DNA from: Rhodospirillales bacterium
GTDB lineage: Bacteria; Pseudomonadota; Alphaproteobacteria; Acetobacterales; Acetobacteraceae
Assembly: GCA_031424895.1 (NCBI GenBank)
Contig: JANPIH010000119.1
Coordinates: 38,441-102,440 of the forward strand
Direction of reading: 5' to 3'
DNA: 64,000 bases
Position numbers and translations under genes: made by a program
The notes under the pieces: generated by a model
Databases searched by the model: none
The model's input: the letters and a program-made list of their open reading frames with translations, nothing else
What the model was told of the DNA's origin: nothing
In this document: in pieces, positions 48,318 through 57,323 of the stretch
How positions within the stretch are numbered: position 1 is the first letter of the stretch
Layout of the letters: each line of letters starts with the position of its first letter

Positions 48318-48713
48318 CGCGCGGAATGCTGAAGGCAGCGTACGCCTGTCGTTCTTGATGGCAGGGGCGAAGCAGGAAAGGGGCCACAGAGAGCAAGGGA
48401 AGGAATGCTTCCCCGAAACGGCCGGCGGCAAGCAAGGTAAGACTCGACAAAGAGGCAGAGAGGAGCAAGGAACTGCGGTCCCGTTATTTTCTCCACATCT
48501 TTGTAATTGTTTCCTTCATTGCCACTGCCGCGGCCCGGCGAGAGGAAGATGGGCATCTCTGTGCTCTCTGTGGCTCTCCGTGGTCTCTGTGACCGCTTCC
48601 CTTGCTTAACTCGCGCCGACGGACAGGGCGAAGTACATCAGTCACAGAAACGTGTCTTGAAAGGTTCGGCCCGCACTAGATACGTTACTAATATATAACA
48701 AAATGGAGCGGCC

Positions 48714-50333
48714 ATGTCCAGCCACGGCACCAATCCAACCTCCACGATGCCGATCCGCGAAGGTGCGGAGCGCACCAACGACCAGGCGCTGAAGGTCGGT
48801 CGGTTCGGGCACATGTTTCCCTCCTCCCTGGCCCGCCCCAAGCAGGTCGACGACGCGGCGCTGAAGACCCTGGCCGACGCGATGATCGACGACCGGCCGC
48901 CCGGCGAGGACAACAACCGCAACATTCCCGCAGGCTACACCTATCTCGGCCAGTTCATCGACCACGACATCACGCTGGACCTCACCAGCACCACCGAGGC
49001 CCGGCGCGACCCGCTGGGCGAGCAGAACTTCCGCACGCCGCAGCTGGAGCTGGACAGCCTCTATGCCACCGGCCCCGGCGGCGACGCCTCGCCGCACCTG
49101 TTCGACCGGCTGAACGCCGGCCGCATGCTGCTCGGCCGCTGCGGCGGGGGCGGGCCGGGGGACCCCGGCGTGAAAGCCGGGCTGCCCTTCGACCTGGCGC
49201 GCAACGCGCAGGGCATCGCGCTGATCGGCGACGCGCGCAACGACGAGAACCTGTTGGTGTCGCAGACCCACCTCGCCTTCCTGAAGTTCCACAACGCCGT
49301 GCTGGCGCAGCATGGCGGCGGCAATTTCAGCGAAACGCGCAAGCTGGTGCGCTGGCACTACCAGTGGATCGTGCTGCACGATTTCGTGGCCAAGCTGATC
49401 GACAACAACGACCTGCACGACGTGCTGCGGAACGGCCGGCGCCACTACCTGCCGGAGACGCAGAGCGCCTATCAGGAAGCCTATATCCCGGTGGAGTTCT
49501 CGGGGGCCGCCTATCGCCTCGGCCACTCGATGGTGCGAGAAACCTATAGCCACAACCGCGCCTTCCGGCCGGAGCGCACGGCGCGCCAGCAGGCCGGTTT
49601 CCGCGAACTGTTCCACTTCACCGGCAAGTCCGGCGGCATCCTGGGCGAGGCGGCACCCCCCTTCGACAAACCGGCGAACGGGGAAATGGCGGCGAAGCTG
49701 CGCTTGCTGCTGCCGTTCGTGCTGCCCAGCCTGCCGGGCGACTGGATCATCGACTGGCACCGCTTCTTCGACCTGGGCAAGCCGCCCGCGCCGCCGCCGC
49801 AGGCCAACCCGCAGGATGACGGGTTCCGGCTGAACTTCTCCCGCCTGATCGATCCCTACCTGGTGCCCGCGCTGCACGCGCTGCCGGGCGGCGGCGGCAG
49901 CCTGCCGCTGCGCAACCTCCAGCGTGGCTACAAGCTCCAGCTGCCCTCCGGCCAGGCGGTGGCGCGCCACATGAAGGTGCCGGTGCTGGATGGCGCGCAG
50001 ATCGCCGCCAGCGGCAACGACGGCGCGGCGGCGAAGGCGATCGGCCTGCACGAGGACTCGCCGCTGTGGTTCTACATCCTCAAGGAGGCGCAGCTGATGG
50101 GCAACGCAGGCAACCGCCTCGGCCCGGTCGGCAGCCGAATCCTGGCCGAGGTGTTCGTGGGCCTGCTGCAGACCGATCCGGAAGCCTTCCTGCACCCGAA
50201 GCAGAACCCTGGCTGGAAGCCCAGCCTGCCGTCGGCGCACCCGGGCACCTTCACCATGGCCGACATGCTGCGCTATATCGCAGCGGCCGAGCCGGATTTC
50301 CTGAACCCGATCGGCGCGGCAACCAGCTTCTGA
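48714..50333 (+). CDS. animal-haem-peroxidase family (peroxidase-cyclooxygenase superfamily) protein
   Basis: 539 aa. Distal-His motif GQFIDHDIT, GDARNDEN, and proximal-His motif EFSGAAYRLGHSMV. GGAG Shine-Dalgarno before the ATG. No signal peptide seen. Confidence 0.8.
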   Translation: MSSHGTNPTSTMPIREGAERTNDQALKVGRFGHMFPSSLARPKQVDDAALKTLADAMIDDRPPGEDNNRNIPAGYTYLGQFIDHDITLDLTSTTEARRDPLGEQNFRTPQLELDSLYATGPGGDASPHLFDRLNAGRMLLGRCGGGGPGDPGVKAGLPFDLARNAQGIALIGDARNDENLLVSQTHLAFLKFHNAVLAQHGGGNFSETRKLVRWHYQWIVLHDFVAKLIDNNDLHDVLRNGRRHYLPETQSAYQEAYIPVEFSGAAYRLGHSMVRETYSHNRAFRPERTARQQAGFRELFHFTGKSGGILGEAAPPFDKPANGEMAAKLRLLLPFVLPSLPGDWIIDWHRFFDLGKPPAPPPQANPQDDGFRLNFSRLIDPYLVPALHALPGGGGSLPLRNLQRGYKLQLPSGQAVARHMKVPVLDGAQIAASGNDGAAAKAIGLHEDSPLWFYILKEAQLMGNAGNRLGPVGSRILAEVFVGLLQTDPEAFLHPKQNPGWKPSLPSAHPGTFTMADMLRYIAAAEPDFLNPIGAATSF

Positions 50334-50442
50334 CCCGTTGTCGTCCATCCCGTTGTCTGTGGCGTTTGCACGGTCAGCCGGGCATGGGACGTGCTGTGTT
50401 GTCCGGCGGCAGCGCGCAAAACAAAAAATCATACCGGCCGCC

Positions 50443-50467
50443 GTCGACCGATTCTTCATCGGTCGAC
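50443..50467. terminator. hairpin GTCGACCGA-ttcttca-TCGGTCGAC
   Basis: Perfect 9-bp stem. On the minus strand a T-rich run (GATTTTTTGTTTTG) follows ~14 nt downstream. It lies between the peroxidase gene and the phosphatase-gene remnant. Confidence 0.35.
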
Positions 50468-50485
50468 ATCAAAGGCGGTTGGTAT

Positions 50486-50604
50486 GACACACGGCACGCG
50501 CCAGCCGGTGGTCTCGCGTTCCGCGCGTGGCAAACCGGGGTCGCCACCGACAGATGCAGTGCGTTGGCCGCCGTGATGCCGATGGTGTGGGCGCGCGGCG
50601 GCGC
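50486..50604 (-). pseudogene. remnant of the 3' end of a histidine-phosphatase (PGAM-family) gene
   Basis: By eye it is roughly three-quarters identical, with indels, to 52196-52315, the 3' end of the intact gene at 52177..52797. The remnant translates in shifted frames to ..ITAANALHLSV.. and ..RETTGWRVPCV.. versus ..ITATNALHLSV.. and ..REATGWRVVCV.. in the intact gene. Confidence 0.65.
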
Positions 50605-51990
50605 CTATTGAGGGTCCGGCCGGGAGCCGGCGCGGCCGCGGGCGGAGTGGCGCGGCAGGCGCAGGCCCAGCGCCGTGCCCGGCCATGCCACGGTGCCGCG
50701 GCGAATGCCGTTCAGGGCCCGTAGCAGGTCGCGCATGGCGCGTTCGCGCAGCATCAGCCAGGCCAGGCAGCCGCCGAACACGCCGATGATCCACCACCAC
50801 GCAGCCTCGACCGCAAGCCAGACGAGGCTGCGCAGAAGGCCGATGCCGGCCACCTCCTGCAGGCCAAGGGCCATGTCGGCGCGCTTGGCGACATTGATCA
50901 GGAACACGGCCCACAGGGCGAGCAGGATCGCGGGCACGGTGGCCGCGAAGGTGGCGCGGACGGCCGGCAGGCGGGCGCGCAGCGCCAGGGTCACAAGCGG
51001 GGTGATGGTGCAGATGAGGAAGATGGCCTTGTAGCGCCAGCTCTGGCTGGTGAGGAAACACCCGACGACAACGGCGGCGCCGGCGGCGAGGAAGCGGCAC
51101 TCCAGCAGCGTGAGATGGCGGTCCGCGCCCTCGCGGGCCAGCAGTTTCGCGGTGCGCAGCGCGATGGTGGCCGTCACCGCCAGGAAGGCGGCCAGGGTGC
51201 AGGCCACCAGCCATGGCGGGGCCTGCTGCAGGCCGAGGATGATCCGCAGCCCCTGCCAGCTGTTGCCCAGGCCAAACATCTCCAGCGGGCGGCCGCGCGG
51301 CACCCAGCCGAGGATGAGCATGAATTCCGGCGTCCAGGCATGGATATGGGCGGCGGCCGCCAGCGCGAAGACGGCGGCGAGCATCATCATCCAGGGGAGC
51401 GGCTCGCGCGCGGCGAGCAGCAGCAGGAACACCGGATAGATCTTGAGCGCCGCCAGCCCCGCGACGGCGACGTAGCCGGCCTTGCGCACGGCGATGCTGC
51501 GCTGAAGGGCGTGGATGAACAGGATCGCGACGGTAAAGACAGCAAGGTCGAAATTCGCCTGGTAAAGCCCGAACAGCACGGCGTTGGAGCCGAGGGCGAG
51601 GGCGAGGGCGATGGCCGCCGCGGGGGAGGAGGGGCGCGGAAGCAGCAGGACGGCGGCGCCGAACAGCAGGCCAATGGTGATGCCCACCGCGCCAGTATGC
51701 GTGGTGTCGATGCCAATCGCGGAGAAGGCCAGCCAGCCGGGGGGGTAGGACATCGACAGGCTGAGCCGCGTGTCGCACGGATTGGTCCGGTACACGTCGA
51801 AGCCATACTGGTGGCATTCGAGCCAGGAGAGGGGGGAGAACACGTCGTAGAACGGCTCCTGCCCCCAGGAGACACCGAGCATCCAGAAGGTGCGCGCGGC
51901 AAAGTCCGGGGCGGCCAGGTGCAGCACCAGCAGCGAGACGAAAATCAGCAGTGCCGTTGCGCGCGACAGCCCCAGCAATGCGTATCGCAT
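50605..51990 (-). CDS. polytopic membrane protein of unknown function (possibly GT-C-like)
   Basis: Starts MRYALLGLSRATALLIFVSLLVLHL... after GGAG. ~461 aa with at least 10 hydrophobic segments. Its upstream region (52012-52176) is AT-rich. Confidence 0.6.
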   Translation of the reverse strand: MRYALLGLSRATALLIFVSLLVLHLAAPDFAARTFWMLGVSWGQEPFYDVFSPLSWLECHQYGFDVYRTNPCDTRLSLSMSYPPGWLAFSAIGIDTTHTGAVGITIGLLFGAAVLLLPRPSSPAAAIALALALGSNAVLFGLYQANFDLAVFTVAILFIHALQRSIAVRKAGYVAVAGLAALKIYPVFLLLLAAREPLPWMMMLAAVFALAAAAHIHAWTPEFMLILGWVPRGRPLEMFGLGNSWQGLRIILGLQQAPPWLVACTLAAFLAVTATIALRTAKLLAREGADRHLTLLECRFLAAGAAVVVGCFLTSQSWRYKAIFLICTITPLVTLALRARLPAVRATFAATVPAILLALWAVFLINVAKRADMALGLQEVAGIGLLRSLVWLAVEAAWWWIIGVFGGCLAWLMLRERAMRDLLRALNGIRRGTVAWPGTALGLRLPRHSARGRAGSRPDPQ

Positions 51991-52176
51991 GCGGTCAAAT
52001 CTCCATCCCAACAGGTATCCTGCGAGTTAATGTATCGTGAATAACCGCAGGCTACTCGAGAGCGGATGGGTAGTATCTTCATTTTCCCGGCAACTGGCTC
52101 CGCATCACCGAAACATGTGTTCAATCGGAATTTACTGCTGCGCGTTGTGTGTGATTGTCGCGAAAGCGCGAATTGT

Positions 52177-52797
52177 TCAGTAACCTGGCAATTCGTTAAC
52201 ACACACAACACGCCAACCGGTGGCCTCGCGTTCCAGGCGTGTCAGGCCGAGATTGGCAACCGAAAGGTGCAGCGCGTTGGTGGCGGTGATGCCGATGGCG
52301 TGGGCAACGGCGGCGCGGATGGTGCCGCCGTGGCTGACGATCACGACATTGTCGCCGCGGTGGCGGCCAGCGAGGTCTTCCAGGGCGGCGCCGGTGCGCT
52401 GGATGACATCCTGCATGCTTTCGCCGCCGGGCGGGCGTTCGGTGCCCGACAGCGGCCAGAACGGGTGGGCGGGTTCGGCCAGTTTGGCCGGCAGGTCGGC
52501 ATGCACGGTGCCGTGCCAGTCGCCCATCGATTGTTCGATCAGGCCGGGGACCACCGTCAGGTCCTGCGCGGGATAGCCGGCGCGGAAGATCGCCTGGGCG
52601 GTGCGCCGCGTGCGCGATAGCGGCGTGCAGCCCCAAAAGGCCGGGCGCGGCAGGCGGCGGGCCAGGGCTTCGTACATCGGCGCCTGGTCCAGCAGCGTGG
52701 TTTCGCATAACGGCACGTCGGTGCTGCCATACAGGCGGGCGCGGGCGGATTCTTCCACCAGGGCGTGGCGGATCAGCCAGAAGGCGGTGGGGGGCAT
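52177..52797 (-). CDS. histidine phosphatase (phosphoglycerate-mutase family) protein
   Basis: MPPTAFWLIRHALVEE (RHG-type motif as RHA) and VIVSHGGTIRA. The start lies 2 nt after the stop of the upstream permease gene. Confidence 0.8.
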   Translation of the reverse strand: MPPTAFWLIRHALVEESARARLYGSTDVPLCETTLLDQAPMYEALARRLPRPAFWGCTPLSRTRRTAQAIFRAGYPAQDLTVVPGLIEQSMGDWHGTVHADLPAKLAEPAHPFWPLSGTERPPGGESMQDVIQRTGAALEDLAGRHRGDNVVIVSHGGTIRAAVAHAIGITATNALHLSVANLGLTRLEREATGWRVVCVNELPGY

Positions 52798-52799
52798 GG

Positions 52800-53594
52800 C
52801 TATTCTCCGATCGAAAGCAGGGCGCCGCTGGTGCGCGCGGCGCGGAACTGGCGGGCAAACAGCAGGATGGACGCGGCCGTCCAGGCGAGGTTCAGCCCGG
52901 CGGCCCAGGCCAGGTGGTCCCAATGGATCGTGCCGGTGTCGAGCACGGCGCGCATGCCTTCGAACACGTGCGCCGCCGGCAGGGCGAGCGCCACCGGCTG
53001 CAGCAGAGCGGGCAGGATGCTCACCGGGTAGAACACCGCGGCAAACGGCGTGATGCCGAACAGCACGCTCCACGCCAGCGCCTCCGCCCCCGCGCCATGG
53101 CGCAGGATCAGCGAGATGACGCCGAGCGCGATCCACCAGCCCATCACCATCAGGTTCAGTGCGAACAGCACCAGGATCGGCCCCATGGCGAACAGGTTGA
53201 ACGCATACAGCGCCCAGGCCAGCAGCACCGCCGGCAGCACGCCGATCGCCATGCGGATCGCGCTCATCGCCAGCAAGGCCGCCACCAGCTCCCACGGGCG
53301 CAGCGGCGAGACGAAGACGTGGCCGAGATTGCGTGACCAGATCTCCTCCAGGAAGGAAATCGCCATGCCCATCTGGCTGCGCAACGCCACCTCCCACAGC
53401 AACACGCCGCCCAGCAGCAGGGAAGCGGCGATCTGGCCCTCCACGCCGATGCGGCTGGCAATGAAGGCGGCGGTGAAACCCCAGATGAACATCTGCAGTG
53501 TCGGCCAATAGGCCAGCTCCAACAGGCGCGGCCAGGAGCGGCGATACAGGGCAAGATGGCGATACATCAGGCCCCAGATGCGGCGCAATGTCAA
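52800..53594 (-). CDS. ABC-2 type transporter permease
   Basis: 264 aa with 6 TM helices, starting MTLRRIWGLMYRHLALYRRSWPRLL. The TTG start abuts repeat A11. Confidence 0.8.
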   Translation of the reverse strand: MTLRRIWGLMYRHLALYRRSWPRLLELAYWPTLQMFIWGFTAAFIASRIGVEGQIAASLLLGGVLLWEVALRSQMGMAISFLEEIWSRNLGHVFVSPLRPWELVAALLAMSAIRMAIGVLPAVLLAWALYAFNLFAMGPILVLFALNLMVMGWWIALGVISLILRHGAGAEALAWSVLFGITPFAAVFYPVSILPALLQPVALALPAAHVFEGMRAVLDTGTIHWDHLAWAAGLNLAWTAASILLFARQFRAARTSGALLSIGE

Positions 53595-53718
53595 AGGAAG
53601 CGTTCTTTTTTGAAAAAAAGAACCAAAAAACTTTCATTCCATTGCACCGAGACTCGGCGACCAGCAAATGGATGAAGTTTTTTTGCTTCTTTTTGTTCAC
53701 AAAAAGAAGATTCTTGCT
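53595..53718. repeat. Family A element, copy A11 (H1+H3), between the ABC ATPase and its permease
   Basis: H1 at 53602-53623 and H3 (rc form) at 53686-53709. Central stem CCATTGC/GCAAATGG. It fills the gap between the ATPase TGA (53719-53721) and the permease start (53594). Confidence 0.9.
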
Positions 53719-54459
53719 TCACTTCGTCCCCTCCCGCCGGTTGCGTGCGATGTCGAGGAACACTTGTTCCAGGTCGTCGCGGTTGTATCGCGCGAGCAGG
53801 TCCGCGGGGCTGCCCTGGTCGACGATGCGGCCGGTTTTCATCATCAGCACGTGCGAGCACAGGCGTTCCACCTCGGCCATGTTGTGGCTGGCGAGCAGGA
53901 TGGTGCAGCCGGTGGCGGCGCGGTAGCGTTCCAGCCAGCTGCGGACCATGTCGCCGGTATCGGGGTCCAGGCTGGCGGTGGGTTCGTCGAGCAGCAGCAA
54001 TTCGGGGCGGTTGATCAGCGACTTGGCCAGCGCCACGCGGGTTTTCTGCCCGGCGGAGAGCTGGCCGGCGGGGCGGGCGAGCAGGTCGGCGAGGTCGAGT
54101 TCGGCGGCGAGTTCGCGGATGCGCGCTTCCACCCCGGGCACGCCGTAGAGGTGGCCATAGACGCGCAGGTTCTCGGCGACCGACAGGCGGGCGGGCAGCG
54201 AGACGTAGGGGGATGAGAAGTTCATCCGCGCCAGGGCGGCGAAGCGGTCGCGCGCCATGTCGTGGCCGAGCACGTGGATGGTGCCGGCGGTGGGGATCAG
54301 CAGGCCCATCAACATGGCGATGGTGGTGGTTTTGCCCGCGCCGTTGCCGCCGAGCAGGCCGATGGTCTGCCCGCGCGCCGCTGAGAAGGACAGCGCATCG
54401 ACCGCGAGGGTCTCGCCGTAGCGCTTGGTGAGGCCGCTTACGCGGATCGCATCGGTCAT
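53719..54459 (-). CDS. ABC transporter ATP-binding protein
   Basis: Walker A GGNGAGKTT, signature LSAGQ, Walker B LLLLDEP, H-loop ASHN. Confidence 0.9.
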   Translation of the reverse strand: MTDAIRVSGLTKRYGETLAVDALSFSAARGQTIGLLGGNGAGKTTTIAMLMGLLIPTAGTIHVLGHDMARDRFAALARMNFSSPYVSLPARLSVAENLRVYGHLYGVPGVEARIRELAAELDLADLLARPAGQLSAGQKTRVALAKSLINRPELLLLDEPTASLDPDTGDMVRSWLERYRAATGCTILLASHNMAEVERLCSHVLMMKTGRIVDQGSPADLLARYNRDDLEQVFLDIARNRREGTK

Positions 54460-54526
54460 GGCGGGTATGTACGGTGCGCCAGGGATCGCGCCAAGGGGGC
54501 GCAAGGGATCGCGCCAAGAGGTGCGG

Positions 54527-55684
54527 TCAGGTTGGGTGGGCGAGCGGGCCGGTGACGAGGGGGACGGCGTGGGTGCGCGCCCAGTCCAGCGCCGCGGTGC
54601 TGGCCACGCCGGCGAGCACGGTGCGGCGCGGGTCCAGGCCGAGGAAGGCGGGGGTGGTGGCGGCCAGGGCGGGGTCCCAGGCGAGCTGGAGGTGGTCGAA
54701 GCCGGTGGCCTCGGCGGGGAAGGCCCCGGCGATGGTGGCGGTGAGGCCGGACAGCAGCAGGCGGAAGCCGCGCGCCTGGGCGAAGCCGCGGGCGAACAGG
54801 AAGGCGGGCGGGTCGGCCAGCACATCCTCCGGCCGCAGCGCCAGCACCACCTGGCCGCGCAGCCGCGCCGGCAGGGCGGCGTCGAAGCGCAGGAAGGCCG
54901 GGGAGAGGATGGAGGCGATGTTGAGCGGCAGGGCGAATGGCCCGGCGCCGCCCAGTTCCTGCGGGGCGGACAGCAGGGCCATCATGCGCAGGTCGAGGAT
55001 GCGGGTCAGGCGGCGGAACAGCCAGGGGGCGGCCTTGAGGTCGCGGTCGGGGGCGAGGGTTTCAGCGAGTTCGGACAGGCAGAACTGCCGGCTGTCCCAG
55101 GCGCGGCGCAGGCCCTGGCCGGGGATCAGGATGCAAACGGCGCGGCGGCGGGCGAAGCGGGAGAGGTCGGCGCGCGACAGCGCCTGCTCCAGGGCGGCCA
55201 GCGCGGGGGGGTCGAGCGGCAGGCGCGGGGTGGTGGGGGCCGGCGGTGGCGGTGGGCGCAGGCTGGCGGCGGCGGCGGCGAGCAGAAGGTCGGCTTCCTC
55301 CGGCAGGCCCAGATGGCGGGCCAGCGTGTCGCCCTGCGGGAATGCGCCGGAGAACAGCGTGTCCAGCCGGGCCAGGCTGTCGGCCAGAAGGGTGGGGGCG
55401 GGGCCGCGCCAGACCATGGCGGCGTCGTGGTTGGGCAGCACGAACAGGCGAGCGCGGTCGGCGGCCAGCAGCGGTTCCAGGGCTTCCACCGCCAGGCGCA
55501 GGTGGTGCGGCTGGGCCAGGGTGCGCGGCAGGGCGGACAGGCGCAGCAGCAGCGCCTGGCGGGCGATGCCGGTGGCGACCGTCTCGCGCACCAGGGCATC
55601 GAGCGCGCGGGCGGCTTCGGATTGGGGCGGGGCGAGGCGAGGCGGAAGTGCCGCGGTGATGTGCGCAGCGGCGAGGGCGTTCAT
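54527..55684 (-). CDS. hypothetical protein with a degenerate EAL-like C-terminal region (paralogue 2)
   Basis: The ATG overlaps the upstream stop (ATGA at 55681-55684). ..LPLNIASILSPAFLRFDAAL..VVLALRPEDVL..GFRLLLSGLT..FDHLQLAWD.. follows the EAL-domain layout but lacks the EAL and DDFG catalytic residues. Confidence 0.6.
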   Translation of the reverse strand: MNALAAAHITAALPPRLAPPQSEAARALDALVRETVATGIARQALLLRLSALPRTLAQPHHLRLAVEALEPLLAADRARLFVLPNHDAAMVWRGPAPTLLADSLARLDTLFSGAFPQGDTLARHLGLPEEADLLLAAAAASLRPPPPPAPTTPRLPLDPPALAALEQALSRADLSRFARRRAVCILIPGQGLRRAWDSRQFCLSELAETLAPDRDLKAAPWLFRRLTRILDLRMMALLSAPQELGGAGPFALPLNIASILSPAFLRFDAALPARLRGQVVLALRPEDVLADPPAFLFARGFAQARGFRLLLSGLTATIAGAFPAEATGFDHLQLAWDPALAATTPAFLGLDPRRTVLAGVASTAALDWARTHAVPLVTGPLAHPT

Positions 55685-57228
55685 GCGACGGCGCGGGCCA
55701 TCGTGGCGGCGGGCATGACGCGCGGGGGAATGGCACGGTCGAGCAGGTCGGGCCGGATGCAGCCGGCGCGGCCAGCCGTGGTGGCGGCGGTGCCCCGCCC
55801 GGTGCAGGCACGCAGGCCGCATGGGTGGTTGTCCAGCCGCGTCGGCTGCCGCCCTACCTCAGGCGCGGCGCCAGGGCCGGGGCAGGCGAGCAGGCGGGTG
55901 GCGGCCAGCATCGCTTCCACATGGGTGCCCTGGAACAGCTGGATGCCCGACGACCGGCCCCAGCGCAGCGCGGCCTCGCTGTCGGCGCCGGTCATCAGGA
56001 AGCGGGCAGGGCCGATGCGGGCGATGGCGGCGGCGACCTCGTTTTGGCGCGGGGCCGGCAGGCGGGGCAAGGCGGTGCTCCAGGGCAGGACGATCATGTC
56101 CGCCCCCAGCGCTTCCGGGCGGGCGAGCACGAGGGCGTGGTGGGTGAGCCCGTCGAGCACCAGGGGCATCGCGGCGGCGGCCAGGCGGGTGCGCGCGGCG
56201 GCCCAGGCGGCGGGATCGGCCGCGGCCTCGGCCATGGCGACCGCGATGGCGGGCGGGGCCTCGCCATGCGGCAGGGCGGCGAATTCGGCGAAAGCGGGGC
56301 TGGCGATCAGCGCCAGCGGCAGGCGCAGCAGCAGCGGCGGCACGCCTCGGCGCGGGGCGGCATCGAGCGGGAAGCCGCTGCCCCAGGCCGCCTGGAGGGC
56401 CGCCAGCAGCGAGCGGCCGAGCGCCTCGGCGAGGTGCTGGCGCAGCCAGGGATCGGCGGGAAGGGAGCCGCCCGGGTGCCCCCCGGTAAGTTGGGTGGCG
56501 AGGTGGGCGGCGAGCAGGCCGGGCTCGATCGCTGGCGCACGGTGGACCGGCAGGATCGCGGCAGTGGGCGGCGCGCCGCGCGGCGGCAGGCGGGCGGTGG
56601 TTTGCACGCGCAGCAACGGGGCGATGCCGCCCGCCGGCATCGGGGCAAGGCCGCCGGGGGCGAGCGGCGGGAAGCCGGGCGACAGGCGGCCGGCGAAGGG
56701 ATTGCGCGGGCGGTCAGCCGGTTCCTCGTCCTCGTCGGCAAGGGTGGGTTCGTCCAGCAACGCGCGCAGCTGGTCGTGCCCGTCGGCCAGCTTCACCAGC
56801 GTGGTGACCGGGCCGCCGGCCTCGTCGCCGTCGAGGTGGAGCAGGCGGGCGAGCAGCGCCGGCAGCGCCTGGGGCATGTCGGCCGCGGGCGGTTCGGCGG
56901 CGCCCTGTGCCATGGCGTGGGCGACCATGGCGTGGGCAAGCAGCACGAGGTCGCCGCTGGCGAGCTGGAGCACCTGGCCGCCATGGCGCTGGGCGCAATC
57001 CTCCAGCAGGGCGCGGGCGACGCGGCGGTGGTAGGGGCGCGGGCCGGGCGGCGGCAGGCGGGAGAGGCGGACGACGACGGCGAAGCGGCCTTGGGGGGCG
57101 CGGGCCTCCCGGTCCAAGGCGTCGGCCAGCAGCAGGTCCCCGGCGCGGGCGCGGCGGTGTGGCCGATGGGAGCCGGGTTCGCGGGAACCGGGTTCGCCGG
57201 TGGTCCCGGCCGTCGACGCCATGGTCAT
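55681..57228 (-). CDS. hypothetical protein with a degenerate EAL-like C-terminal region (paralogue 1)
   Basis: Colinear with 54527..55684 (RFAVVVRLSRLP vs RQALLLRLSALP; ADPWLRQHLAEAL vs AAPWLFRRLTRIL; LRLPLALIASPAFAEF vs FALPLNIASILSPAFLRF). G/C-biased third positions. Confidence 0.6.
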   Translation of the reverse strand: MTMASTAGTTGEPGSREPGSHRPHRRARAGDLLLADALDREARAPQGRFAVVVRLSRLPPPGPRPYHRRVARALLEDCAQRHGGQVLQLASGDLVLLAHAMVAHAMAQGAAEPPAADMPQALPALLARLLHLDGDEAGGPVTTLVKLADGHDQLRALLDEPTLADEDEEPADRPRNPFAGRLSPGFPPLAPGGLAPMPAGGIAPLLRVQTTARLPPRGAPPTAAILPVHRAPAIEPGLLAAHLATQLTGGHPGGSLPADPWLRQHLAEALGRSLLAALQAAWGSGFPLDAAPRRGVPPLLLRLPLALIASPAFAEFAALPHGEAPPAIAVAMAEAAADPAAWAAARTRLAAAAMPLVLDGLTHHALVLARPEALGADMIVLPWSTALPRLPAPRQNEVAAAIARIGPARFLMTGADSEAALRWGRSSGIQLFQGTHVEAMLAATRLLACPGPGAAPEVGRQPTRLDNHPCGLRACTGRGTAATTAGRAGCIRPDLLDRAIPPRVMPAATMARAVA

Positions 57229-57323
57229 GCTCTCACCCTCATGGTGCGTGCCCTTGCGGGGCGTGGCGGGCCTGGTATTGGGCCCGGCTTGTGGCGATCC
57301 AGGTGGAAGGCTAAGGGGGTGGG

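Noticed and set aside
54425-57034. 869-aa plus-strand ORF opposite the EAL-like paralogues
   Set aside because: Its composition is Gly/Arg/Ala-rich and low complexity. The minus strand gives two colinear paralogues with an ATGA junction and G/C-biased third positions.
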